NCBI GenBank assembly: GCA_037445065.1
Contig: JBBILD010000010.1
Location: forward strand, 32,001-96,000
Reading direction: 5' to 3'
Source: Myxococcales bacterium
GTDB taxonomy: Bacteria > Desulfobacterota > Binatia > HRBIN30
Length of the DNA: 64,000 nt
The translations under genes were made by a program, and so were the position numbers. Positions 39,688 to 48,700 of the stretch are shown here, piece after piece. Position 1 is the stretch's first letter. The number at the start of each line of letters is the position of its first letter. The notes under the pieces are model-generated. The model made no database searches and was not told the origin of the DNA. It was given only the letters and a program-made list of their open reading frames with translations.

Positions 39688-41027
39688 CGGACTCCAGCCC
39701 GGCGCGCGCGCGACTCGAGCTCGGGGAGCAGGGGCCAAGTCCAGGCCACCACTCCCATCGTGCACAACGCGATCAGTGTCGGCACAGAGGCCATCTCGAG
39801 GCGCCACGCCCAGTCTCGCCCCAAGAAACCGGGCGAGAGCAAGTTGGTTGCGCCTGCCAGGATCAGAGTCGCCCCGAGCCCGCGCCGCCAACCGCTCCGG
39901 GGCGTGCATTGTTGAAAGGCAGCGAACAGGAGCGTGTGAGCCAAGAGGAGAACGACCAGGTACGCCTTCCAGGTGACCGGTGAGGCCAATGCCCCAACGG
40001 CGAACACCACACTCCACTCAGCCGCAGTTTGCCAATTTCCTCGCGGCGGCCCTTGCCAACGCCGCCAGACCACGCAGGCAAACACAAGCCACGTTGCCGC
40101 CACGGCAAGCACAACCCAGGGCGAGGCCGACTCGGGCACGTCGTTCACACCCGGAGTGAACAACGGCGCCATACCGTGGCCGAGGTAGCGGTCCCACATC
40201 GCAAACACCGACTGGTTCATTTTCCCTACCCCCCAACCCATGGCCAGCTTCTCCCGCCAAGCCAGCACGTAGTCCCAAAACCGCAAGGGGCCGAAAACCA
40301 GAATCGGTGCCAAAGAAAACAGCCCACCCGCCGCAACTGTGGCCAGCGCTCCCCGCCAATGGCGGCGCCAAAGCAGGTACGGGACGAACACTGCCGGCAT
40401 CACCTTCACCGCCGCCGCAAACCCCAGCGCCACCCCGCCTCGCCAGCAACGCCCTTGCCGGATCCACAAAAGGCCCGCCAAAGCCAGTGCAAAGAGCAGA
40501 ATGTTGATTTGCAAGTGTTCGAAGTTGCTGCCGATAAAGCGACTCGTCAGCAACAGCGGCACCAACATTTCCGGCGAGGCCAAGGAAAAGCCGCGGGCTG
40601 ACCATAAAAGCCGCTTGCCATGGATCAGCAAGGCGATCTGGCGCAACACCCACCACAAGGAAAGAAGGTTCAGGGCTAACCAGAAGCCGCGTGCGAGATA
40701 AGGAGTTCCGCGCGCCATCAACGCCAGTGGCACGCACACCAAGCTGAAAAAGGGAGGCCATGTGTTCGGGTCGGCACTGACATCTCGATAAATGTGCCGG
40801 CCGCTCAGGACGAGTTCCCCGACGATCAGGTAGCCGCCGAAGTCGCCCGAGCGTTGGATCCAAACCAAAAACCCCACCGCAGCGTAGGCGGCAAGTGCAA
40901 TCAATACTGACCAGCGAACCCGTTCCGAAGTGGCCATCCGCAGCAACCAGCCGACGGCCTCCGAGCTCTTACCCGGACGTTCCGACTTCGGCTCGCCGGG
41001 CCGTATAGGGGCCCACATCTCGCTCAT
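39684..41027 (-). CDS. GT87/DUF2029 polytopic glycosyltransferase
   Basis: GDF..Y, WPPFF, QINILL, AVKVMP, NQS, SPVTW and many TM helices. ATGA overlap with the ROK gene. Confidence 0.8.
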   Translation of the reverse strand: MSEMWAPIRPGEPKSERPGKSSEAVGWLLRMATSERVRWSVLIALAAYAAVGFLVWIQRSGDFGGYLIVGELVLSGRHIYRDVSADPNTWPPFFSLVCVPLALMARGTPYLARGFWLALNLLSLWWVLRQIALLIHGKRLLWSARGFSLASPEMLVPLLLTSRFIGSNFEHLQINILLFALALAGLLWIRQGRCWRGGVALGFAAAVKVMPAVFVPYLLWRRHWRGALATVAAGGLFSLAPILVFGPLRFWDYVLAWREKLAMGWGVGKMNQSVFAMWDRYLGHGMAPLFTPGVNDVPESASPWVVLAVAATWLVFACVVWRRWQGPPRGNWQTAAEWSVVFAVGALASPVTWKAYLVVLLLAHTLLFAAFQQCTPRSGWRRGLGATLILAGATNLLSPGFLGRDWAWRLEMASVPTLIALCTMGVVAWTWPLLPELESRARRAGVR

Positions 41028-41950
41028 CCGCCGCCGCTCCCATTCAATGCTTGACGCGCCAGCAGGGCTGCCCCGATCACACCCGCGGAATCGCCTAGGG
41101 CGTGGCGGCAAAGCCGCGTCTCACAACGGTCGCTAAACACGTAGCGGGCCAAAAACTCGCGCCCAGCGCTGTAAAGTTCGTCAATGTTCGACATGCCGCC
41201 GCCCAACACAATGCAGTCCGGGTCAACGATGTTGACCACGTTCGCCAGGGCGCGCCCAAAATGCTGCAAATACTCCTCGAGCGCGCGTTGGGCTGCGGCC
41301 TCTCCGGCACGCGCCGCCACAACCACTTGCGCCGCCGGCTGCCAGCGCCCGCGCACCTCTGCCGCTCGGCGCTCGAAGGCTGGCCCACACAGCAAGGTTT
41401 CTACGCAGCCACGCTGCCCGCAGTAGCATTCGGGGCCATGGTCGAGGACGCGATGGTGCCCCCATTCCCCGGCGATGTGCTGCGCACCCTGCCAGATCTC
41501 GCCCCTCCACACCAAGCCACCTCCGACGCCGGTGCCGAGAATCACTCCGAAGACCAGATCGCAACCACGCCCAGCTCCCAGACACGCTTCGGCCCAGGCA
41601 AACAAGTTGGCGTCGTTTTCCATGGCAACGCGCACACCGAGCAGGCGCTCCAAGTCTTGCCGGAGGGGTTTTCCGTTCAAGCACGTGGTGTTGCAGTTCT
41701 TCATCGTTCCTGTGCGCGCCGATTCCGCCCCCGGCGTTCCAATCCCTACCACGCTCTGCCGCCCCGCTACCTGAACACAGCGCTCGTATACCTCACGCAC
41801 GCGGGCCAGGACATGCTCGTAGCCCAATTGGCGCTGAGTGGCCGTGCGATAGCGGAACACGACTTCGCCGTCTGGGCGAACCACCGCGCCCTCGACTTTG
41901 GTTCCACCCAAATCAATCCCGACCCAAGCTTCCCCGCGTACTTCGCTCAC
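41024..41950 (-). CDS. ROK family sugar kinase (fructokinase Mak-like)
   Basis: GIDLGGTK, MENDAN, ILGTGVGGG, AGEWGH, CYCGQRGCVE, LGGGMSN, GDSAGVIGAA. Confidence 0.93.
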   Translation of the reverse strand: MSEVRGEAWVGIDLGGTKVEGAVVRPDGEVVFRYRTATQRQLGYEHVLARVREVYERCVQVAGRQSVVGIGTPGAESARTGTMKNCNTTCLNGKPLRQDLERLLGVRVAMENDANLFAWAEACLGAGRGCDLVFGVILGTGVGGGLVWRGEIWQGAQHIAGEWGHHRVLDHGPECYCGQRGCVETLLCGPAFERRAAEVRGRWQPAAQVVVAARAGEAAAQRALEEYLQHFGRALANVVNIVDPDCIVLGGGMSNIDELYSAGREFLARYVFSDRCETRLCRHALGDSAGVIGAALLARQALNGSGGG

Positions 41951-41995
41951 CGCTTTCGCTCCACGAACCGGCACCTGTACCCGGAGCGGGTAAAC

Positions 41996-43288
41996 TCAAG
42001 GACTGGCGCCGTCCAACCCCAAGGCACGCAGCGCTTGCTCCCGACGGGCAGGCAGGAACTCCGGAGGCCACAGCCCCTCGTAAGGCTGAAAGCCCTTGAG
42101 CACTTGCCGCGCCACGGTCACCTTGTGCACCTCTGTGGGGCCATCGGCCACCGCCAACGCTGCCGCCGCAACCCACCACTGCATCAGCGGCAGTTCGTTC
42201 GAACACCCCAGAGCACCGTGCAAGTGGATCGCCCGGCGCACGACGTCATGCAGCACTTCGGCCATTTGTGCCTTCACGGCCGCAATGTACAAGCGCGCCG
42301 CATCGCGCAGCCCCTGGTCAATTTGCCAGGCCGTGAACAACACGAGCAGGCGAAACTGTTCGATCTGCACGAAGGAGTCCGCGATCATTTGCTGCACCAA
42401 CTGCTTGTTGGCGAGCACTTCTCCCTGAGTGCGGCGGCTCAGCGCCCTGTGACACATCATTTCCAGCGCTCGTTTCACCAGCCCGACCGTGCGCATCGCG
42501 TGGTGGATGCGCCCCCCTCCGAGCCGGGTCTGCGCAATGATGAAGCCCTGGCCCTCGCCGCCGAGCAAGTTCTCCTCCGGAAGCCGGCAATTCTCGAAGC
42601 GCACCAAGCAGTGGTGGCCTTGGCCGAGCGGTTCGGTTCCCAGACCGGCGCGGCGCACGATCTCCATCCCCGCCGTGCCGCGCGGGACCAGGAACATGGA
42701 CGATCCCTGGTGCACAGGCCGCTCAGGATTCGTAATCGCCATGACGATCAGGAACTCGGCCAAGTCGGCGTGCGAGGCAAAGTACTTTTCTCCCTGCAAC
42801 ACCCACTCGTGGCCATCCCGGCGAGCACGGCAGCAAAACTCGCGCGGATCGCTGCCCCCTTGTGGCTCGGTCATGGCGAAGCAAGACACGATCTCTCCAG
42901 CCAACAGCGGCTCCAAGTAACGCTTTTTCTGTTCCTCCGTTCCGTACACGGCCAGGATCTCCGCGTTCCCCGAGTCAGGCGCCTGGCAGCCAAAAATCGC
43001 CGGGGCCCATTGCGAGCGGCCGAGGATCTCGTTCATGAGCGCCAATTTCACCTGCCCGTAACCGGGCCCGCCCAGTTCGGGTCCGAGGTGGCACGCCCAT
43101 AACCCCTGTCTGCGCACTTCCTGCTTGAGCGGCTCCGTCAAGCGCCTCAGCAACGGGTCCCTTCGATCGTACGGTGCGGCGGGGTCCGGAAACGCCACGT
43201 CCAGTGGCTCTACCTTGCTGCGCACGAACTCATCCATCCACTCGAGCTTTCGCTGAAATTCCGCTTCGGTCGAAAAGTCCCACGCCAT
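41996..43288 (-). CDS. acyl-CoA dehydrogenase (ACAD10/11-like)
   Basis: FGCQAPDSGNAEIL, MTEPQGGSDP, RLGGGRIHHAMR, DGPTEVHK. Confidence 0.93.
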   Translation of the reverse strand: MAWDFSTEAEFQRKLEWMDEFVRSKVEPLDVAFPDPAAPYDRRDPLLRRLTEPLKQEVRRQGLWACHLGPELGGPGYGQVKLALMNEILGRSQWAPAIFGCQAPDSGNAEILAVYGTEEQKKRYLEPLLAGEIVSCFAMTEPQGGSDPREFCCRARRDGHEWVLQGEKYFASHADLAEFLIVMAITNPERPVHQGSSMFLVPRGTAGMEIVRRAGLGTEPLGQGHHCLVRFENCRLPEENLLGGEGQGFIIAQTRLGGGRIHHAMRTVGLVKRALEMMCHRALSRRTQGEVLANKQLVQQMIADSFVQIEQFRLLVLFTAWQIDQGLRDAARLYIAAVKAQMAEVLHDVVRRAIHLHGALGCSNELPLMQWWVAAAALAVADGPTEVHKVTVARQVLKGFQPYEGLWPPEFLPARREQALRALGLDGASP

Positions 43289-43384
43289 GGCTCTCTCGCT
43301 CCTTCCGATCCCTCATCCGCAAGCTGCATACCCGAGGCGCAGACGTACGCTCAAGCACGCCAAGCCAGTGTACGGGTGCCGCCG

Positions 43385-43423
43385 AAAACAAAAAGGCCAG
43401 CCTCCCGGAGGAAGCTGGCCTTT
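43385..43423 (-). terminator. rho-independent terminator
   Basis: Minus strand AAAGGCCAGCTTCC-TCCG-GGAGGCTGGCCTTT hairpin followed by a T-rich run, 30 bp after the stop of the Cys-rich gene. Confidence 0.85.
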
Positions 43424-43452
43424 CCACTACCGGCTGCCACTGCAAGGGATCG

Positions 43453-43944
43453 TTACGGGGCCGGCACGCTAAGGACTAAGCCGTCACAGTGGGGCAAGTT
43501 TCCAATCCGCGCCTCGGCTGCGTCGAGAACCGCAGCGCAGCGATCCGCGCAGCCATCCACGTCGAAGGAATCCCTCGATTGGGCGAGGCGATCGCACCGT
43601 TCCTCACATTTCGCAGCGCGCAGTCGCGCCTTGACGATTTGCGCCATACACCGAGTCGGGTCACTCACCGACGGGCTGGCAGTCCCGGTACAGATCGGGC
43701 GAGCGGAGATCGCCAAGATGCGGGCGTCAAAACGGTCTTGGCACTGCGACTGGCACGAGGCCAGCGTAGCCGGATCCGTTGTCCCGTTTTCGCAACGGGA
43801 AGAGCACTGGTAGAAGCGGGCCTGCGCCTGGAGTTTGGCCCGGTAACAGGGCAGCGGGTCCGGCGCCGCGCTGGCAGCGGAGGTAAGCAGCAGGGACAAA
43901 GCCGCGATGGTGGTTAGGGTCAGCGTTCGGTTGATCGGTTCCAT
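43453..43944 (-). CDS. secreted Cys-rich tandem-repeat protein
   Basis: RBS AAGGAG, Sec signal ending ASA-A, two 6-Cys repeats, own terminator. Confidence 0.8.
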   Translation of the reverse strand: MEPINRTLTLTTIAALSLLLTSAASAAPDPLPCYRAKLQAQARFYQCSSRCENGTTDPATLASCQSQCQDRFDARILAISARPICTGTASPSVSDPTRCMAQIVKARLRAAKCEERCDRLAQSRDSFDVDGCADRCAAVLDAAEARIGNLPHCDGLVLSVPAP

Positions 43945-44026
43945 GGTCTTCTCCTTTTCGAGGGTTTCGGGTTGCGAAGTCTTCGATCTTGTCGGCCGGC
44001 ATCAGATCGCTTGGCAGAAACCGAAA

Positions 44027-44042
44027 CCAAGTACCGTGCCAA
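44027..44042 (-). promoter_or_regulatory. candidate sigma54 promoter with variant -12 (TTGG)
   Basis: Minus strand TTGGCACGGTACTTGG: perfect -24 element TGGCACG, correct spacing, C-12 replaced by G. About 80 bp upstream of the Cys-rich gene. Confidence 0.6.
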
Positions 44043-44096
44043 CGACTTTCTTCGCACTGGCCACAGGGTTCGGCCCGGGCAGGCGGGCCCACTCGT

Positions 44097-44116
44097 CCGC
44101 TTGCCCGGACAAGCGG
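44097..44116. promoter_or_regulatory. 20-bp near-perfect palindrome, candidate enhancer (UAS)
   Basis: CCGCTTGCCCGGACAAGCGG has one mismatched pair and lies about 90 bp upstream of the inferred sigma54 start site. Confidence 0.45.
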
Positions 44117-44195
44117 CTGATTTTCCAGAATCGTTCCTCAAAAAAACTCCTACATCGGCTTTCGCTCCAGCGCCAGGAAGCGTAGGCTGCATGGT

Positions 44196-45740
44196 ATGAT
44201 TTTCCGAGGGGCAGCGACCGCCGCTCCGGAACGACTCGAGCAGGAACGCGACTTTTACCGGCACTTGCTCGAGCACAGCCCGGAGCAAGAACCCACTTCC
44301 TTCTTTCAGGACAGCCTCGCCTTTCTGACCGAACTCACAGGTGCAGCCCACGGCTACCTCGAACTGTTTCCGGCGGACACGGCGCACCCGGCTCACCCAT
44401 GGTTCGCTGCTCGTGGGTTGTCGGGAGGAGCCTTGGAGCAAGTGCGGGAGATCGTCTCGCGTGGCATTGTGGCGCAGGCGATTTCTTCCGGGTCCACGAT
44501 TGTCACCCCTGCCGCCTTCTTGGACCCGCGTTTCAACTCCTTTGCCAGCGTGGCGCAGCACCGAATGGGTGCTGTCCTGTGCACCCCAATTGGAAACGAC
44601 CCGCCGCTCGGCGTCCTCTATCTGTACGGCCACAGCAAGCCTGCAGGCTTTTGCGAACCAGACGTTGCTTTGGCGGAGCTGCTCGCCCGCCATTTAGTTC
44701 CGGTTGCAGAGCGACTGTTGGCCAAAGGCGCGACTCCAACCGAAGACAGCACGCGTGAGGTCCGCGCGCGGCTCAAGGCAAGCGGCATCGTAGGGCGGAG
44801 TGCAGCGCTCGGGCGGGTGCTCGAGCAAGTGGCAATGGTGGCAGGACTCGACGTGAGCGTCTTGTTCACCGGCGAGTCGGGTACAGGCAAGAGCCAAATG
44901 GCCCGCCTGCTGCACGACAACAGCCATCGCAGTCCCTTCCCGTTCGTCGAACTCAACTGCGCCGCACTGCCCGACACCCTGCTCGAAAGCGAGTTATTCG
45001 GTGCCGCTGCTGGCGCCCATTCGACTGCCGACCGTGCCTACGAAGGCAAGGTACAAGCGGCAGAGCGCGGCACGTTGCTGCTCGACGAAGTGGGAGAACT
45101 CTCCCTCCCGGCGCAAGCCAAGCTCTTACAGCTCCTCGACACACGCGAGTACTTCCCGCTGGGGAGTAACAAGCGGCGCAAGGCGGACGTGCGCATCGTC
45201 GCTGCCACCAACTGCGACCTGCGCTCGGCGGTCAAAGAGCACCGCTTTCGCGAGGATCTATTCTATCGACTGAACGTCCTCTCGATCGCCTTGCCCTCGC
45301 TTGCTGAGCGGCGGGACGACATTGCCGAGCTCGCCGAGGCCTTTTGCCGCAACGCATGCGTGCGTCATTCTTTGCCCGAGCTTCGCTTGTCGCGCAATGC
45401 GCTGCGCGCGCTCGAAGCCGCCGAGTGGCCCGGCAACGTGCGCCAGCTCCTGCACGTGGTAGAAGTCGGCACGATTCGCGCAGGGAGCGAAGGCGTGCAC
45501 CAGGCAGAGGTCAGACACCTCTTCCCCGAATCCGACGAGGGCACGGAAGGGAGGACTCCGGCCCCGGAATCCAACCTCACTTTCCAAGCGGCCACGCGCC
45601 GCTTCCAGGCTCAATTCATCCGTACCGTCCTCGAAGAAACGAATTGGAACGTGCCCGAGGCTGCTCGCCGCCTCGATATGGCCCGCTCGCACTTGTATTC
45701 GCTGATCCGCGCATTCGGCCTGGGGCGGCCTCAGTCCTGA
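44196..45740 (+). CDS. sigma54 enhancer-binding protein-like regulator (GAF-AAA+-Fis HTH) with GAHSTA loop
   Basis: GAF-like region (AVLCTPIG...GVLYL), GESGTGKS, ELNCAALP, ESELFG, LLLDEVGE, FREDLFYRLNV, WPGNVRQL, HTH NVPEAARRLDMARSHLY. Confidence 0.93.
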   Translation: MIFRGAATAAPERLEQERDFYRHLLEHSPEQEPTSFFQDSLAFLTELTGAAHGYLELFPADTAHPAHPWFAARGLSGGALEQVREIVSRGIVAQAISSGSTIVTPAAFLDPRFNSFASVAQHRMGAVLCTPIGNDPPLGVLYLYGHSKPAGFCEPDVALAELLARHLVPVAERLLAKGATPTEDSTREVRARLKASGIVGRSAALGRVLEQVAMVAGLDVSVLFTGESGTGKSQMARLLHDNSHRSPFPFVELNCAALPDTLLESELFGAAAGAHSTADRAYEGKVQAAERGTLLLDEVGELSLPAQAKLLQLLDTREYFPLGSNKRRKADVRIVAATNCDLRSAVKEHRFREDLFYRLNVLSIALPSLAERRDDIAELAEAFCRNACVRHSLPELRLSRNALRALEAAEWPGNVRQLLHVVEVGTIRAGSEGVHQAEVRHLFPESDEGTEGRTPAPESNLTFQAATRRFQAQFIRTVLEETNWNVPEAARRLDMARSHLYSLIRAFGLGRPQS

Positions 45741-45774
45741 GTGACCCCACAGCTTCCGAAAAACACCCGCTCTC

Positions 45775-48700
45775 ATGTTCCCCGACCACCCCCGCTTCCG
45801 GCAACTCTCCTTTTTGGGGGGCGGCAGCTTCGGGGTCGTGTTCCGAGCGTACGACGAGGAACTCGCGCTGGAGGTTGCGTTGAAAACCCTCATCGAGGCG
45901 AACGATGCCGACTTCTACGTCCTCAAACGCGAGTTTCGCCTCGTGGCTGACGTTCGCCACCAGAACCTGATCGAGTTGTTCGAGCTGTTCGTTTCTACAT
46001 CCGGGCAACCGTTTTTCACCATGGAGTTCGTCTCCGGACTGCCTTTCAACCAAGCTGTGCAATGGCGCCGACGGGAGCGGCCCCCGGTTGCAGCGGATGG
46101 CAACGCTGGCCCCGAAGAAGCTGTTGTCAATCGCATTCACCAGCTGATTGCCGCCGTGCACTGCCTGCATGTGGCCGGAGTGATGCACTGCGATATCAAG
46201 CCTTCGAACGTGCTCGTGCAGGACACGGGCCGGGTGGTGGTGCTCGATTTTGGACTCGCCAAGCGCATCGTTCCGGTTAATCCATTGCTGCGCGTGAGCA
46301 CCGGAGGAACGTGGGCCTACATGGCTCCCGAACTGGCCCTTGGCGAAACCGCTACGGAAGTGACCGACTGGTACAGCGTGGCTGCCCTCGTGTACGAGAC
46401 CGTCACCGGCGTCCCCCCGTTTCGCGGCGCTCCGTTCGAAATGCTGCAACAAAAGAGGCAGTGGGCCGCCAAGAAGTCCCTTTCTCCCGCCCTACCAATC
46501 CCAAAGCTGATGTGGGAGATGGTGCTCGCTGGCCTCGACCCTGACCCCAGGCTGCGCCCGGAGGAAGAAGACTGGGCAGAACTCATCGGTGCGCACGCGG
46601 CACCTGCCGAGCCTCGGGCTCCTGTTCTGCAAACCCGGAACGTGTTCGTGGGGCGGGATGAGGAGCGAGCCAAACTCGACGCGGCGTTCTGGCGAGTTCT
46701 CCAAGGCTACCCGGCAACCGTGCACGTAACGGGGCCGGCAGGCATTGGGAAGACACAGCTGATCGAGCACTTTTTGGAGAGTTTACCGAACCGCCACACC
46801 GCCTGCGTTTTGCACGGCCGCTGCAACCCCGCCGAGGCGGTGCCCTTCAATGCCTTCGACGGAATCGCGGACGAGCTGGCTGCGGTCCTGACCGAGCTTC
46901 CCGGCGAACAGCGCCCGCAACTTTCGCCCGATCAATGGAAGGACCTCGTTACTCTCTTCCCGGTGCTGCGCGCCCTGTCATCGCAAGACGCCGCTCGCGC
47001 GGATCCCACCCCCTCGCGCCGTCCCATCGAAGAACGCCGGAGTGGCTTTGCCGCATTCCGAGCCTTGCTGGATCGCCTTTCTCGCCTCATGCCGGTGGTG
47101 GTGTGGATCGAAGACCTGCACTGGGCGGACGCAGATAGCCACGTGCTGCTCCACGCGGTGCTGCGGGGTGTCCACCAACCCTCCTTGCTGCTGATCCTGA
47201 GCTACCGGAAGGAGTCAGACTCCATCGGCTTGCTTTCCGAACCGGGGACCGCCACGCCTGGCGCCCAACCTGCCTGGGAGGAGCGGATTTCTCTCGAGCC
47301 GTTGCCTCCCGCCCAAGCGCGGCTGCTCGCCGAGCACTACCAGCGTACAGCGAATGCGTGCGCGACAACGGATCTCGAGCCTCTCCTCTACGAGGCGGGA
47401 GGGTCGCCCCTGCTCATCGTACAACTGCTGGCTCATGCCCGCGCAGGCGGCGCGGGGCGTTCCTCATCCGCATCGCCCTCGCTGGGGCGGATCCTCACAG
47501 AACGGCTGCGTGCACTACCCCTGCCCGGACGGCTGATGGTGGAGGCAGCCGTGGTGGCTGGCCACCCAGTGCCAAAGCAAGCCCTCATCGAGGCTGGAGG
47601 CATCGGTGAAAAGGGCCGGCTCGCACTGCGCCAAGCCGAGATCGGAAGGCAGCTGCGCATGCTCCCGGGTCGCGGCGACACCGAAGTGGACGTGTTTCAC
47701 CAGCGGGTCGGCGAAGCTTTGCTCGTTTCGATTCCTGCGCCAACCCGCGCCGCACACCATTCGTTTTGGCTGCGCTGCGCTTTAATCCAAGGGGAGCAAG
47801 ACCCCGAACGCGTCTTGCTCCATGCTCTCGGTGCGGGCGAAACCCGCACCGCCGCAGAGTGGGCGGCTCGGGCAGCCCAACGGGCGGAGGGCAACCTGGC
47901 CTTTGCGCACGCAGCCGACCTCTATGGGCAAGCTCTTACCCTGGCAACGTGGCCACCCGCGCAGGCGCTCGAACTCGAGCAGCGGCGAGCAGAAGCCTTG
48001 GTATCCGCGGGCCGCGGGGCAGAAGCAGCGCCGTTGTTTGCGGCCGTCTCCACCCACGCCCAGGGCAAGGAACGGGATGTGTTCTTGCAGCGGGCCGCAG
48101 AGCAGTACCTCGTCAGCGGGCTTTTGGGTGAAGGAACCGCGGTCCTGCGCGAGGTGCTGCGCAACGCCAAACTCCCCTACCCGCGTAGTGGTACGGCAGC
48201 CTCGCTTCGCGTCCTCGGGCGGATCGTCCGCTCGTACTGGAAGCCGCGCCTGGGGTGGGGTCCACGGCGCGCTGGGGCAAACCGCTGGCGGGTGCAACTC
48301 GAGGCGGCGGAGTCTGCAGCCAAAGGCCTCGCCTTTGTAGATCCCCTGCGCGGTCAGTACTTCGCGCTGCGCCGCCTCGCCGCCGCTAAGGCGCTGGGGG
48401 ACCAGGAGCAACTCGCTCTTGCCCTCTGTACCACGGGCGCCACGTTGTTGCCCATTCGCGGTCCGTTTTCCCGCTGGGCGCGCCGCCTGATCGCCGAAGG
48501 TTGCAGCTTAGCCGAGTCGCAGGCAAGTCCATACGTGCGCGCAACGGTTTGCCAAACTCTCGCGCAAGTATCCATGCTCGAATGCCGCTGGAACGAGATG
48601 TCCACTCTGTGCGAAGAGGCCCTTGGCCTTTTGCAGCGTCACTGCCCGCGCCAACGCTGGGAAGTCGCCGTCGCTACGATGGCCAAGCTCCGCGCAGAGG

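Noticed and set aside
41102..43102. 666-aa plus-strand ORF (likewise 1256-2431, 12692-13756, 15044-16306, 28175-29569)
   Set aside because: Antisense shadows of well-supported genes, common in high-GC DNA, with no recognisable motifs.
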